Part shown: in pieces, positions 25,006 to 33,397 of the stretch
How positions within the stretch are numbered: the stretch's first letter is position 1
How the letters are laid out: each line of letters opens with the position of its first letter
Assembly (NCBI GenBank): GCA_003164045.1
Contig: PLRU01000034.1
Coordinates: forward strand, 177,406-241,405
Length of the DNA: 64,000 bases
DNA from: Vulcanimicrobiota bacterium
GTDB taxonomy: Bacteria > Vulcanimicrobiota > Vulcanimicrobiia > Vulcanimicrobiales > Vulcanimicrobiaceae
Direction: 5' to 3'
Notes under the pieces: generated by a model
Told to the model about the DNA's origin: nothing
The model's database searches: none
The model's input: the letters and a program-made list of their open reading frames with translations, nothing else
Position numbers and translations under genes: made by a program

Positions 25006-25837
25006 GTTGCACGAAATCCGTTACGTAGCGTACGAACTCGTCCGGCTTCTCCACGGGGATCCAGTGCCCGCATTGGCTGAAGAGAACGAGGCGTGAGTTC
25101 GGTAAGTAGTTGAACAACCGGAGGGCGTTTTCGAGCGGGGCGATGAGATCGTTGCGGCCGTGCATCTGCAAGACCGGAAGCGTGAGGGAAGCGAGCTGCG
25201 CAGAGAGGTCTCGCTGCACATTTTCGGATGCGCGGCGCGCTTCGTCCAGCTCCGGCCGCGAGGTCCACGCATCGACGCGCGCCTGCAGCATCAAGTCGTC
25301 GTCGCCGTACCGCGCACCGTCGTAAAGAAACGCGTTCATCATGCCGCGCATCGTCGCGAGACTCGGGTCGGCAAACGCCGCGTACATCGCGACGAACGCG
25401 TGCGAAGCCATCGGCGGGTGTCCGAATAGGGTCGGTCCGCCGATCCCCGAGGCGTGCAGCACCAGCCGCTTGGCGCGGCCGGGATAGTCGACGGCAAACG
25501 CTTGCGCGGTCTGCGCGCCGAACGACATATCGACCATCGTGACGGCATCGACGCCGAGCGCATCGAGCACGTCGCGCACGGTGCGGGCGTACATCGTGCT
25601 ACGCGATTCGCCGCGCACGACCACCGGATCGCTTTTGCCGTACCCCGGCTGGTCGATCAAGATGCAGCGATGGTGCTGCGCGAGCGCCTCGACGACGCGG
25701 TGATAGACGACCCAGGCGCTGGTACCGGCGCCCTGGCCGATGCAGAACACGAGCGGCTCGCCGCTGCCCGCTTCGTTGTAATGCACGCGCACCGTACCCG
25801 CCGCAACATAGTGGCTGGTCGCCGCTTCGGAGAGCAT
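24998..25837 (-). CDS. alpha/beta hydrolase
   Basis: The start MLSEAATSHYV (ATG 25837) shares one nt with the upstream TAA. ..PLVFCIGQGAGTSAW.., elbow region VDMSFGAQTA, and C-terminal ..QCGHWIPVEKPDEF. The stop overlaps the alpha-subunit start by 8 nt. Confidence 0.85.
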   Translation of the reverse strand: MLSEAATSHYVAAGTVRVHYNEAGSGEPLVFCIGQGAGTSAWVVYHRVVEALAQHHRCILIDQPGYGKSDPVVVRGESRSTMYARTVRDVLDALGVDAVTMVDMSFGAQTAQAFAVDYPGRAKRLVLHASGIGGPTLFGHPPMASHAFVAMYAAFADPSLATMRGMMNAFLYDGARYGDDDLMLQARVDAWTSRPELDEARRASENVQRDLSAQLASLTLPVLQMHGRNDLIAPLENALRLFNYLPNSRLVLFSQCGHWIPVEKPDEFVRYVTDFVQHG

Positions 25838-26718
25838 TACGTTGCGACGGCTCGGCGTGCTCCGGTGAACTCGCGAACGATATCGGCCACGACATCCGGC
25901 CGGTCGGTCTGGACTTGGTGACCGGCGTTCGGTACCCAATGAAACTTCACGTCGGGCAGCAGCGGCTCGAGCTTGTGGCCGAGTTCCGGCACGGCGAAGA
26001 TGTCGTTCTCGCCCCAGATCATGATCGATGGAACGAGCTTGGTGATCTCCGGCAGCGACGTGCGCATGTCGAAGATCGGCCAGAACAGCGGATCGTTCTG
26101 CAGCTTGCGATTGGCGAGCGCCATCGCCTTGAAAGCTTCCGGCGCGCCCGGCGCTTGTGCCGCGGCATGCCGCAGATTCACCAGATCTTCGGTGATCTTG
26201 CTGCGATCGAACACGAGGCCTTCGAGCAGCTTGCGCATCCCTTCGCGCGAGCCGTCGTAGCCGTCCATCAACTTCATGCCGGCGGACGGCGGCATCTTGT
26301 GACCCATCGCCGTGCCGACCGAACCAGTGCCGAGCATGATCAGTTTCTCGACGCGATCCGGATGCATGATCGTGTATTTCGCGACGCACCACGCACCTTG
26401 CGAGTTACCGATCAACGTGAACCGGTCGAGACACAAGGCATCGACGAATGCGGCCAAGTGATCGACGCGGCTCTGCAAACCATACGTCACCGGCCCGCTC
26501 GGATCGGTCTCGCCGAACCCGCCGACCGAATCGAGCCCGATCACCCGGAACGAATCGGACAGGAGCGACATCAGCGCCCCCATCCCGGCAGCCCCGGACG
26601 ACCCGGCGCCGCCGCCGTGCATCGCGATGAGGACCGGACCGTCGCCGCCGGACTCGGTGTAATGCGTCTTGACACCGCCCGCCAAGACAAAGCGTGACCG
26701 TGACCCATTCTGCGCCAT
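25837..26718 (-). CDS. alpha/beta hydrolase (meta-cleavage-product hydrolase-like)
   Basis: MAQNGSRSRFVLAGGVKTHYTESGGDGPVLIAMHGGGAGSS.., elbow LIGNSQGAWC, and ..PNAGHQVQTDRPD. First gene of the operon, divergent from the LysR gene. Confidence 0.85.
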   Translation of the reverse strand: MAQNGSRSRFVLAGGVKTHYTESGGDGPVLIAMHGGGAGSSGAAGMGALMSLLSDSFRVIGLDSVGGFGETDPSGPVTYGLQSRVDHLAAFVDALCLDRFTLIGNSQGAWCVAKYTIMHPDRVEKLIMLGTGSVGTAMGHKMPPSAGMKLMDGYDGSREGMRKLLEGLVFDRSKITEDLVNLRHAAAQAPGAPEAFKAMALANRKLQNDPLFWPIFDMRTSLPEITKLVPSIMIWGENDIFAVPELGHKLEPLLPDVKFHWVPNAGHQVQTDRPDVVADIVREFTGARRAVAT

Positions 26719-26763
26719 GAAACAATTATGCAGGGGGCACGCTGAGGCGTCCAATACTTAATT

Positions 26764-26776
26764 TCAATAACATTGA
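26764..26776. promoter_or_regulatory. candidate LysR-type operator (TCAAT-AAC-ATTGA inverted repeat) in an AT-rich divergent promoter region
   Basis: A perfect 5-bp inverted repeat with a 3-bp spacer. It lies in the only AT-rich stretch between the LysR gene (26810) and the operon start (26718). Confidence 0.35.
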
Positions 26777-26809
26777 TAGGTAAAACGTCTCAGTAAACGG
26801 AGGGTCACG

Positions 26810-27703
26810 ATGGATTTTCGGCGCCTGCGCTACTTCGTGGCGGTCGCGGAACATTTGAATTTCCGGCGCGCGGCAGAGACACTCAACACCTCGCAGCCCT
26901 CGCTGAGCCAGCAAATTCGAGCGCTCGAGGACGAACTCGGCGTCGTCCTCTTCGAGCGGACGAAGCGGAGGGTCCAACTCACGACGGCCGGGAGCGTCTA
27001 CCTCGTCGGGGTCCGGCACGTCATCTCCGAGGTCGACGCCTGCGGCCAGCACGCGCGCGAGGCGCAAGCCGGTCTGCGCGGCAGCCTAACGGTCGGCACA
27101 AACGGGATGGTGATGATCGACCACATGCCGCCGGTCGTGCGCGCCTTCCGGTCGGAATTCCCCGACGTGAACCTCTCACTGTCGATTCTGCGCAACCCCG
27201 ACATCATCGGCGCGCTGCGCGCCGGACGCATCGAGTTGGCGTTCTCAACCGCCGTCGAGCCCGACGACGACCTCGAAGCGCAGCTGTTATGGACGCTGCA
27301 GCAGAACGTGGTGTTACCGGCCGATCATCCGATGGCGAAGCAGGCGCGGATTCGCCTCAGCGACTTGCACGGAGAAACCCTGATCACGCATCCCCGCCGC
27401 GGTGGCGCCGGCGCCGGCAGTCAGGTCATGGCACTGTGCCGCGAGCAAGGGTTCACTCCGAAAGCCATCAAGGAAGTCTCGGAGATCGCCGACCTCGAGA
27501 CGCTCATCGGACTCGTCGCGTGCGGCTTGGGCATCACGATTCTGCCATCATCGTTTGCGACGATCGCACCGCCGTCGGTGGTCTTCAAGTCGGTCGGCAC
27601 CACGAGCATCGTGAACAAGGTGTCGGCGTGCTGGCGTCACGACGAAGTAAACCCGCTCGTGCGCAACTTCGTACGCCTCGCGAAGGCAATCCCGGCTCCC
27701 TGA
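26810..27703 (+). CDS. LysR-family transcriptional regulator
   Basis: MDFRRLRYFVAVAEHLNFRRAAETLNTSQPSLSQQIRALEDELGVVLFERTKRRVQLT is the canonical LysR HTH. A GGAGGG SD lies 6 nt upstream. Confidence 0.9.
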   Translation: MDFRRLRYFVAVAEHLNFRRAAETLNTSQPSLSQQIRALEDELGVVLFERTKRRVQLTTAGSVYLVGVRHVISEVDACGQHAREAQAGLRGSLTVGTNGMVMIDHMPPVVRAFRSEFPDVNLSLSILRNPDIIGALRAGRIELAFSTAVEPDDDLEAQLLWTLQQNVVLPADHPMAKQARIRLSDLHGETLITHPRRGGAGAGSQVMALCREQGFTPKAIKEVSEIADLETLIGLVACGLGITILPSSFATIAPPSVVFKSVGTTSIVNKVSACWRHDEVNPLVRNFVRLAKAIPAP

Positions 27704-27745
27704 TGGGCAAAGGAACGCCGAGCGGCATCGCGCAACAGCGCGCGC

Positions 27746-28135
27746 ATGCCAGTACGAGTACTAGTAACAGTTACGCATCCGAATCCCAAAGCTGCCGAAG
27801 CGATGCTCGCCGAGCGCGTCGAATTGTGCCGGCGCGCCGAAGCGGAGGAAGAGGGCTGCCTCCAATACGAGCTCTTTCACAGCAAAATGAACGCGAACAA
27901 GACCATTCTCTGCGAGCTGTGGGCGAGTCGCGCGATCTACGACAAACACTGGAATTTACAGCAGGAGCGGGAAAACACGAACCCGCGCAAGCCGCCGGCA
28001 CCACCCCAGCCGGGTGACGGACCGCGTAGCGTTTCGGTTGAATTCTACGAACAGCAGATCTATCAGAACGTCGATGGGACGTGGATGGCCGCCGATCCGC
28101 AACTGCGCACGGAAACCGTTCGCTGGATCGGATAG
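27746..28135 (+). CDS. antibiotic-biosynthesis-monooxygenase (ABM/Dabb fold) domain protein
   Basis: VRVLVTVTHPNPKAAEAMLAERVELCRRAEAEEEGCLQYELFHSKMNANKTILCELWASRAIYDKHW. Confidence 0.7.
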   Translation: MPVRVLVTVTHPNPKAAEAMLAERVELCRRAEAEEEGCLQYELFHSKMNANKTILCELWASRAIYDKHWNLQQERENTNPRKPPAPPQPGDGPRSVSVEFYEQQIYQNVDGTWMAADPQLRTETVRWIG

Positions 28136-28159
28136 CGTAAGCCCAAGTAGGAGACACCC

Positions 28160-29275
28160 TTGGCGACCATCACCGATATCGAGTTCATCTGGATTCGCAT
28201 TCCGCTCGCGCACGACTTTCGCGGCAGCGTGTATCACGTGCCGGAAAAGAACGCGATCATCACGCGCATCCGCACGAGCGACGGCCTCGTCGGCGAATGC
28301 ATGAACGGTGAAGGCGGCGCCGACGTGCACGCGCACATTCTGCACTTTCTGCAAACGGAATTTGCGCCGTTGCTGATCGGCGAAGATCCAAGCGAGATCG
28401 AGCGCTTGTGGGCGAAGCTGTGGCGGCGGACCGATCTGCATAGCTGGCGCCGCCGCGAAGCCGTGCGCGCGGTGGCGTGTTTGGATAGCGCGCTCTGGGA
28501 TCTCAAAGGGAAAACTGCCGGTCTTCCGCTGCACGTGCTGTGGGGCGGCGCACGTTCGTCGTTACCGATCCTTGCGATCGGCGGACAATATCGCGACGGT
28601 TCGGCCGAACTCGACTATGGCCACGAGATGGAGGAATATTTGGCGCTTGGGCTCGCGGGCTGCAAGTTCAAGGTGGCGGGGCGCACGCCGGAGATCGATA
28701 GCAAGCGCACGCGTGCCGCGCGCAAAGCCGCGGGCGACGACTTCATCATTTGCGCCGATGCGAACCGCGGCTGGAGCAAGCGCGACGCGCTCGCGTACGC
28801 GCAACTCGTGCACGACGTCAACCTGCGTTGGTTGGAAGAGCCGTGCTTCTGGGAGAACGACCGCGAGGACATGGCGGCGATGCGCGCGACGAGCGGGCTG
28901 CCGATTTGTTCGGGTCAGTCCGAGATTACGGCGCAGGGCTGTCGCGATTTGATGGTGAGCGGCGCGATCGACATCTGCAATATCGATGCGAGTTGGGGCG
29001 GCGGACCGACGGCGTGGCTGCGCATCGCGAAGATGGCGGCGGCGTTCGGTGTCGAGATGGCGCACCACGGCGAACCGCTCGTCGGCGCGCACTTGCTCGC
29101 TGCGGTCGACAACGGGACGTATCTGGAGACGCATCACCCGGACCGCGACCCGGTCTTCCATCAGATGGTCGTCGGGCGCGGGACGATCGCGAACGGGTAT
29201 TACACGTTGCCTGACGCGCCCGGCTGGGGCGTTACGTTCGATCCGGCGATGGTGGCAAAGTACCGCGCAAACTAA
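28160..29275 (+). CDS. mandelate racemase/muconate lactonizing enzyme (enolase superfamily) protein
   Basis: The TTG start has an AGGAG 7 nt upstream. ..KFKVAG.., ..ICADANRGW.., ..RWLEEP.., ..ICSGQSE.. match the metal-ligand/TIM-barrel motif positions. Confidence 0.85.
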   Translation: MATITDIEFIWIRIPLAHDFRGSVYHVPEKNAIITRIRTSDGLVGECMNGEGGADVHAHILHFLQTEFAPLLIGEDPSEIERLWAKLWRRTDLHSWRRREAVRAVACLDSALWDLKGKTAGLPLHVLWGGARSSLPILAIGGQYRDGSAELDYGHEMEEYLALGLAGCKFKVAGRTPEIDSKRTRAARKAAGDDFIICADANRGWSKRDALAYAQLVHDVNLRWLEEPCFWENDREDMAAMRATSGLPICSGQSEITAQGCRDLMVSGAIDICNIDASWGGGPTAWLRIAKMAAAFGVEMAHHGEPLVGAHLLAAVDNGTYLETHHPDRDPVFHQMVVGRGTIANGYYTLPDAPGWGVTFDPAMVAKYRAN

Positions 29276-29285
29276 GCCTCCTTTG

Positions 29286-30323
29286 TCATCCCGAGCGGGA
29301 TGACAAGGCGAGGCCGCGGATGCGGTCGCGGACGAGGGCGGCGCCGGCGTTCATGGCGCGGAGTTTGGCTAGGGCTATTTTGCCCGGGAGATGACGCAGG
29401 CCGCAATCCGGGTTGATTATCACTTGTTCCGGGTCGAGCACCGCTAGCGCGCGGTCGACGCGCGAGGCGACGAGTTCCGGCGTTTCTACGACGTCGCTCT
29501 TTACGTCGATCACGCCGAGGCCGAGCTTGAAGTCGGGATGGTATTTTTTGAAGAGCGCGACGTCGTCGTAGCCTTTGCGCGCGAATTCGAGCACCAGTTG
29601 ATCGACCTGCGCATCGAGAATTGCCGGGAAAAGAAAATCGTAGTGCCCCTCCCAGGCCGGCCGCGCGTGGCGGTTGCCGTAACAAATGTGGAGCGCCCAC
29701 TCGACGTCGATGCCTTCGACGACGAGATTGATCGCCTTCACCGCCAACGGCACTTGTTCGGGATATCCGGCTAAGAACGGCTCGTCGATCTGCAGCAGCG
29801 CCGCGCCGGCAGCGGCAAGTTCGCGGGCTTCGCGGTTGAGATGCCGCGCGATGTCCAGGACCAAGCCTTCCGCATCGGGATAGCCCTCGTTGCGAATGCG
29901 CTTCGCGAGCGAAAATGGCCCGGTGAACGAAAACTTGATCGGGCGGTCGGTTTGTTCGCGCGTAAACTGGAAGTCTTTGACTAGACGTAAGCCTTCACCG
30001 GCTTCGGGTGAGGGGAGCGGCGCATGCACGTGCGCGTCGTAATAATCGTAATAGTGCACCTTGGCTAGCGTCGGCAACTCGATGCCGGGCATACGCTCGA
30101 GGAAGTAATCGATGTCGTTGTCGCGGCGAAGTTCGCCGTCGGAAACGATGTCCACACCGGCGCGCTCTTGATCTTTGACCGCCGCTTTGATCGCGGTCTC
30201 GTAAATCTCGTTGAGCGAGGTGCGGCTGATGCGCCCTTCGTGGAAATCCGTCTTGGCGCGCTCGAGCCACTCGGGCACCGAGTACGAGCCGACAACCGTC
30301 GTCGGCAGTAGCGTCTCGCTCAC
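29286..30323 (-). CDS. short single-domain cobalamin-independent methionine synthase-like (core-MetE / UROD-fold) zinc methyltransferase
   Basis: MSETLLPTTVVGSYSVPEWL... The zinc-ligand pattern is ..ALHICYGN.. (H-x-C) and ..IINPDCGLRHLP.. At 345 aa it corresponds to the C-terminal half of MetE only. The GTG start overlaps the upstream TGA (GTGA). Confidence 0.8.
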   Translation of the reverse strand: MSETLLPTTVVGSYSVPEWLERAKTDFHEGRISRTSLNEIYETAIKAAVKDQERAGVDIVSDGELRRDNDIDYFLERMPGIELPTLAKVHYYDYYDAHVHAPLPSPEAGEGLRLVKDFQFTREQTDRPIKFSFTGPFSLAKRIRNEGYPDAEGLVLDIARHLNREARELAAAGAALLQIDEPFLAGYPEQVPLAVKAINLVVEGIDVEWALHICYGNRHARPAWEGHYDFLFPAILDAQVDQLVLEFARKGYDDVALFKKYHPDFKLGLGVIDVKSDVVETPELVASRVDRALAVLDPEQVIINPDCGLRHLPGKIALAKLRAMNAGAALVRDRIRGLALSSRSG

Positions 30324-31774
30324 TCACGCACCTCAGCGGTCATGGTCGTAATGTTGGAACCAGCGCGGAACGCGAACTTCTTGAAGCTCACGTCAAAGCC
30401 GCGCCGCCCGCCGAGCGCCGTGAGGACGTTGCCGTTGACCCAGTTCACGACCGAACCTTCGTACTTCCCGGGCCCGCGAAAACCGCTCGCATATCCCTCG
30501 AGGTTGGTCACGAAAATATCGTGGCACTCGAGCATGCCGTGCGGGTGCAAGAGCGGCAGCGTATCGACGAAGCTCGCGGCCGCACCGTTGCTGACGTGCA
30601 TGCGCACGTCGCCGTTCGCCTCCATCAGCGGGCGGAGCACTTCGCCGTTGATGCCCGAGGTGAATTCGTACTCATCGAGCGGCGGTAGCGCGACGTAGCG
30701 TTCCTCGAGCCCCAGTGCGTCCCACACCGCCGCCCAAAAGCGCACGGCCGCGTGCGCATCCGCGAAGCGCTTCGGCTCGGAATCGGCCAGCAACTCCGGG
30801 CCAAGACGCAGCAAGCGGTGGATGAGGTCGGATAATTCGTGCACGGTCGCGCCTACGGTCGGCGCGATTGCTTCGGCAGATTCGTTGGCGAGAAACGCCC
30901 GCGACTCGACTTGGAAGAGATGGCCGTCGATGCGCGCGATCTCGTCGGTCGGCAAGTTGTCGTACACGTTGGAGATGTACACGAAGAACGTCTTGTACTT
31001 GAGGAATCCGAGCGTGCTCGACGGCCGCATCGCATCGAGCACCAACGCGCTGATGTGCTCGTCATGTGCGCGCAACTGCACGCGCGCGATATCGAGCAAG
31101 TGCGACGAGTAATCGCCCATGAGGTAGTGGAGCCGGCGATAGTAGTCGCGCCCTTGCTCGCGATCGATCTCGACGAACGTATCGAGCCACACCCGGGCCT
31201 GATTGCCGTTGCCGATGCCGATCTCGAGCACGTGCAGCTGATCGGGCAACGCCCGCCGCTCGGCCAGTCCATCCCAGATCGCAAACAGCCGCAGGATCGT
31301 ATCGCGCGCACCCGCCGCGTTGCGCGCATCGCTCTCCCCGCCCGGCAACGCCTGCTCGTACGGCCGGCCCGACACTTCTTCCCAGAGGCCGAGCGACTTC
31401 CAGTACAGCGCGTTGAAGTTCCAAATCAAACTCGCCGACGTGCGGCTCCACGGTTCGAGGTAGAGCCGGTCGGGCTCGCTGCGCCGCGCGAGCGCGCGCG
31501 CCATCTCCACGGCCACGTCGTGCTTTCCGCTCGCCGCGCGCCGCAAATCGACGCCGATCTCTAGGCGTTCGCTAGCGCTGCCGTTCACGATCGCGCGCAG
31601 TTCCACCGGATCGCGGAAGCTGTTTTTGTATTGCACCCAGTCGCACACGATGCGCAGCTTCTCGAGGTCGAGCGACTCATCACCGACCGCATGCAAGATC
31701 GAACCGAGCACGCTCTGCACCACGGCGCCGTTGCCTTGGCGCAACCGATCCGTGGGCCGCAGATCAACCAACAT
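30320..31774 (-). CDS. SAM-dependent methyltransferase-fold protein, MidA/NDUFAF7 (DUF185)-like architecture
   Basis: Motif I LHVLEIGIGNGNQARVWLD, ..FVYISNVYDNLPTDEI.. (compare the family pattern aNEffDALP), and ..HPHGMLECHDIFVT.. My recollection of the family is only moderately sure. The ATG overlaps the MTHFR 3' end by 11 nt. Confidence 0.55.
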   Translation of the reverse strand: MLVDLRPTDRLRQGNGAVVQSVLGSILHAVGDESLDLEKLRIVCDWVQYKNSFRDPVELRAIVNGSASERLEIGVDLRRAASGKHDVAVEMARALARRSEPDRLYLEPWSRTSASLIWNFNALYWKSLGLWEEVSGRPYEQALPGGESDARNAAGARDTILRLFAIWDGLAERRALPDQLHVLEIGIGNGNQARVWLDTFVEIDREQGRDYYRRLHYLMGDYSSHLLDIARVQLRAHDEHISALVLDAMRPSSTLGFLKYKTFFVYISNVYDNLPTDEIARIDGHLFQVESRAFLANESAEAIAPTVGATVHELSDLIHRLLRLGPELLADSEPKRFADAHAAVRFWAAVWDALGLEERYVALPPLDEYEFTSGINGEVLRPLMEANGDVRMHVSNGAAASFVDTLPLLHPHGMLECHDIFVTNLEGYASGFRGPGKYEGSVVNWVNGNVLTALGGRRGFDVSFKKFAFRAGSNITTMTAEVRE

Positions 31775-32708
31775 GTTCGTTCACCCGCGCGTGCGCCCGC
31801 CGGCCGAGTCCGGCACGTTCGACGATTTCCGGAACGAGATGTTCGGCGCCGAACGCCATCACGTGCACGCCGGCGAGGTCCGGAATCTCGCGCAATTCGG
31901 TGATGATCTCGGCGCAAATCGTAATGCTCTCCGCGAGCACCCGGTCTTCCGGCACGCCGCGCAAGCGCTGCTCGACGGCCGGCGCGATCACGATGCCTGG
32001 AATCTGCTGCATCCGTTCGAGCGCGCGCAGCGAGCGGATCGGCCCGACGCCGGCGAGCACGCCGCAGCGTTGCGTAAGCCCAAGTTCGCGGCTCGCCTGC
32101 ATCCACGCCTTGAAGCGCGTAACGTCGAAGACATACTGCGTCTGCACGAACTCGGCGCCCGCGGCGATCTTCTTCCCTAATCGTTCGGCGCGAAAGGCGA
32201 GCGGCGGGGCGAACGGATTTTCGACGCCGCCGATCAGCCATACCGGCGGCGGCTTCAGCGTTTTTCCTGAAAGCAGCTTTCCCGAGTCGCGCATCGTGCG
32301 CGCCATCCACAAGAGCTGCACCGAATCGAGATCGAACACGCCACGCGCTTCGGGATGATCGCCGAACTTCTGATGATCGCCGGTCAGCAACAGCACGTTG
32401 GTGATCCCCAGCGCCGCCGCACCGAGCAGATCGGATTGCAGCGCCATGCGGTTGCGGTCGCGGCACTGCAGTTGCATCACCGGTTCGACGTCCTCGGCCA
32501 GCGCGATCACGGAACCGGCCCAGCTCGCGAGACGCACCATCGCGCCTTGGTTATCGGTCACGTTGGCCGCATCGACCCAGTCGTGCAACTCGCGCGCGGC
32601 TTTGCGGATCGCTTCGGCATCGGCGCCGCGCGGCGGACTCAGTTCGGCGGTAACGGCGAAACGATGCTCGCGCAGCGCGTCGCGCAGCCGGCTTCCAGCG
32701 GGGATCAA
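31764..32708 (-). CDS. metF: methylenetetrahydrofolate reductase (MetF, MetVF-type large subunit)
   Basis: ..HRFAVTAELSPPRGADAEAI...AANVTDNQGAMVRLAS...MQLQCRDRNRMALQSDLLGAAALGITNVLLLTGDH... The TTG start at 32708 overlaps the upstream TGA (TTGA). Confidence 0.85.
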   Translation of the reverse strand: MIPAGSRLRDALREHRFAVTAELSPPRGADAEAIRKAARELHDWVDAANVTDNQGAMVRLASWAGSVIALAEDVEPVMQLQCRDRNRMALQSDLLGAAALGITNVLLLTGDHQKFGDHPEARGVFDLDSVQLLWMARTMRDSGKLLSGKTLKPPPVWLIGGVENPFAPPLAFRAERLGKKIAAGAEFVQTQYVFDVTRFKAWMQASRELGLTQRCGVLAGVGPIRSLRALERMQQIPGIVIAPAVEQRLRGVPEDRVLAESITICAEIITELREIPDLAGVHVMAFGAEHLVPEIVERAGLGRRAHARVNEHVG

Positions 32709-33250
32709 CGTTGTTCGATCGGTGGCGCGGCGGCGAACGATGCGTCGGCCGTCCAGAGGCCGGCGTCGCGGTGCTGCCAGTAATTCACCCACGAGCTCTT
32801 GCCCCACTCGCGGTTGTCGATCGGCCGCTGCAAACGCCGCAAGTCGGCGGTGTGGCCGGCGCCGGCGGCTCGCTCGTACGCCACGACCCACACGCAGCGC
32901 ACGCCCGGATACACTTCACAGTCGCCGTTTGCCGCCACGCCGCCGCACGGGCCGTTGCGCAGCTGCTTTGGACAGGTCATGGGACACGCATACGCGGTGC
33001 TCGGCAACGCGCATTGGGCGCACATCCGGCAGCCGAAGAGCTTGCCTTTGACCAGCTTCTCGAGCGCCGTGAACGTCGCATAGGCCCAAGGGGTCGCCTC
33101 GAGCCAGACCGCCAGCGAGTACCAGATCCGCTTGGGCCGGAGCACCCGCTGGACCACCAGGGCAAAGGGCAGCGAGATGCCCGGCGTCGTCGGCACCGGC
33201 CGATCCCCGACGCGTTCAACCGCATCTCGTGCGTGAACGGCAGTCTCCAC
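32705..33250 (-). CDS. MTHFR C-terminal-domain / zinc-ribbon protein (MetV-like small subunit)
   Basis: Cys-rich block GCRMCAQCALPSTAYACPMTCPKQLRNGPCGGV..GDCEVYPG..CVW, typical of MetV-type partners of MetF. GTG start with a GAGGG SD. Confidence 0.75.
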   Translation of the reverse strand: METAVHARDAVERVGDRPVPTTPGISLPFALVVQRVLRPKRIWYSLAVWLEATPWAYATFTALEKLVKGKLFGCRMCAQCALPSTAYACPMTCPKQLRNGPCGGVAANGDCEVYPGVRCVWVVAYERAAGAGHTADLRRLQRPIDNREWGKSSWVNYWQHRDAGLWTADASFAAAPPIEQR

Positions 33251-33336
33251 GTGTAGCCCTCGCGTTCGTCAGGCCTATTCTCAGAGTCGTGAGCGTGCTC
33301 ATCCTGCGCCCGGGGACGTGCCTCCGCGGGGCGTAT

Positions 33337-33365
33337 TTGCGCGACGTATCACGACATGCTATAAT
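33337..33365 (+). promoter_or_regulatory. sigma-70-like promoter TTGCGC-17 nt-TATAAT
   Basis: A perfect TATAAT at 33360..33365 stands out in a GC-rich genome. It has 17-nt spacing to TTGCGC. It lies about 30 nt upstream of the ORF at 33398, which has a GGAG SD. Confidence 0.4.
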
Positions 33366-33397
33366 ACAGCCTTTCCTCTCGTTGACGTGGAGCGCAG

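Noticed and set aside
24998-26392. N-terminally extended ORFs: the 464-aa ORF at 24998..26392, the 460-aa ORF at 38830..40212, 363 aa at 2979..4070, 311 aa at 49359..50294 and 278 aa at 34879..35715.
   Set aside because: The extensions overlap well-supported upstream genes in another frame and are Arg/Pro/Ala-rich junk. The family-typical N-termini begin at internal starts placed right at the upstream stop codons.
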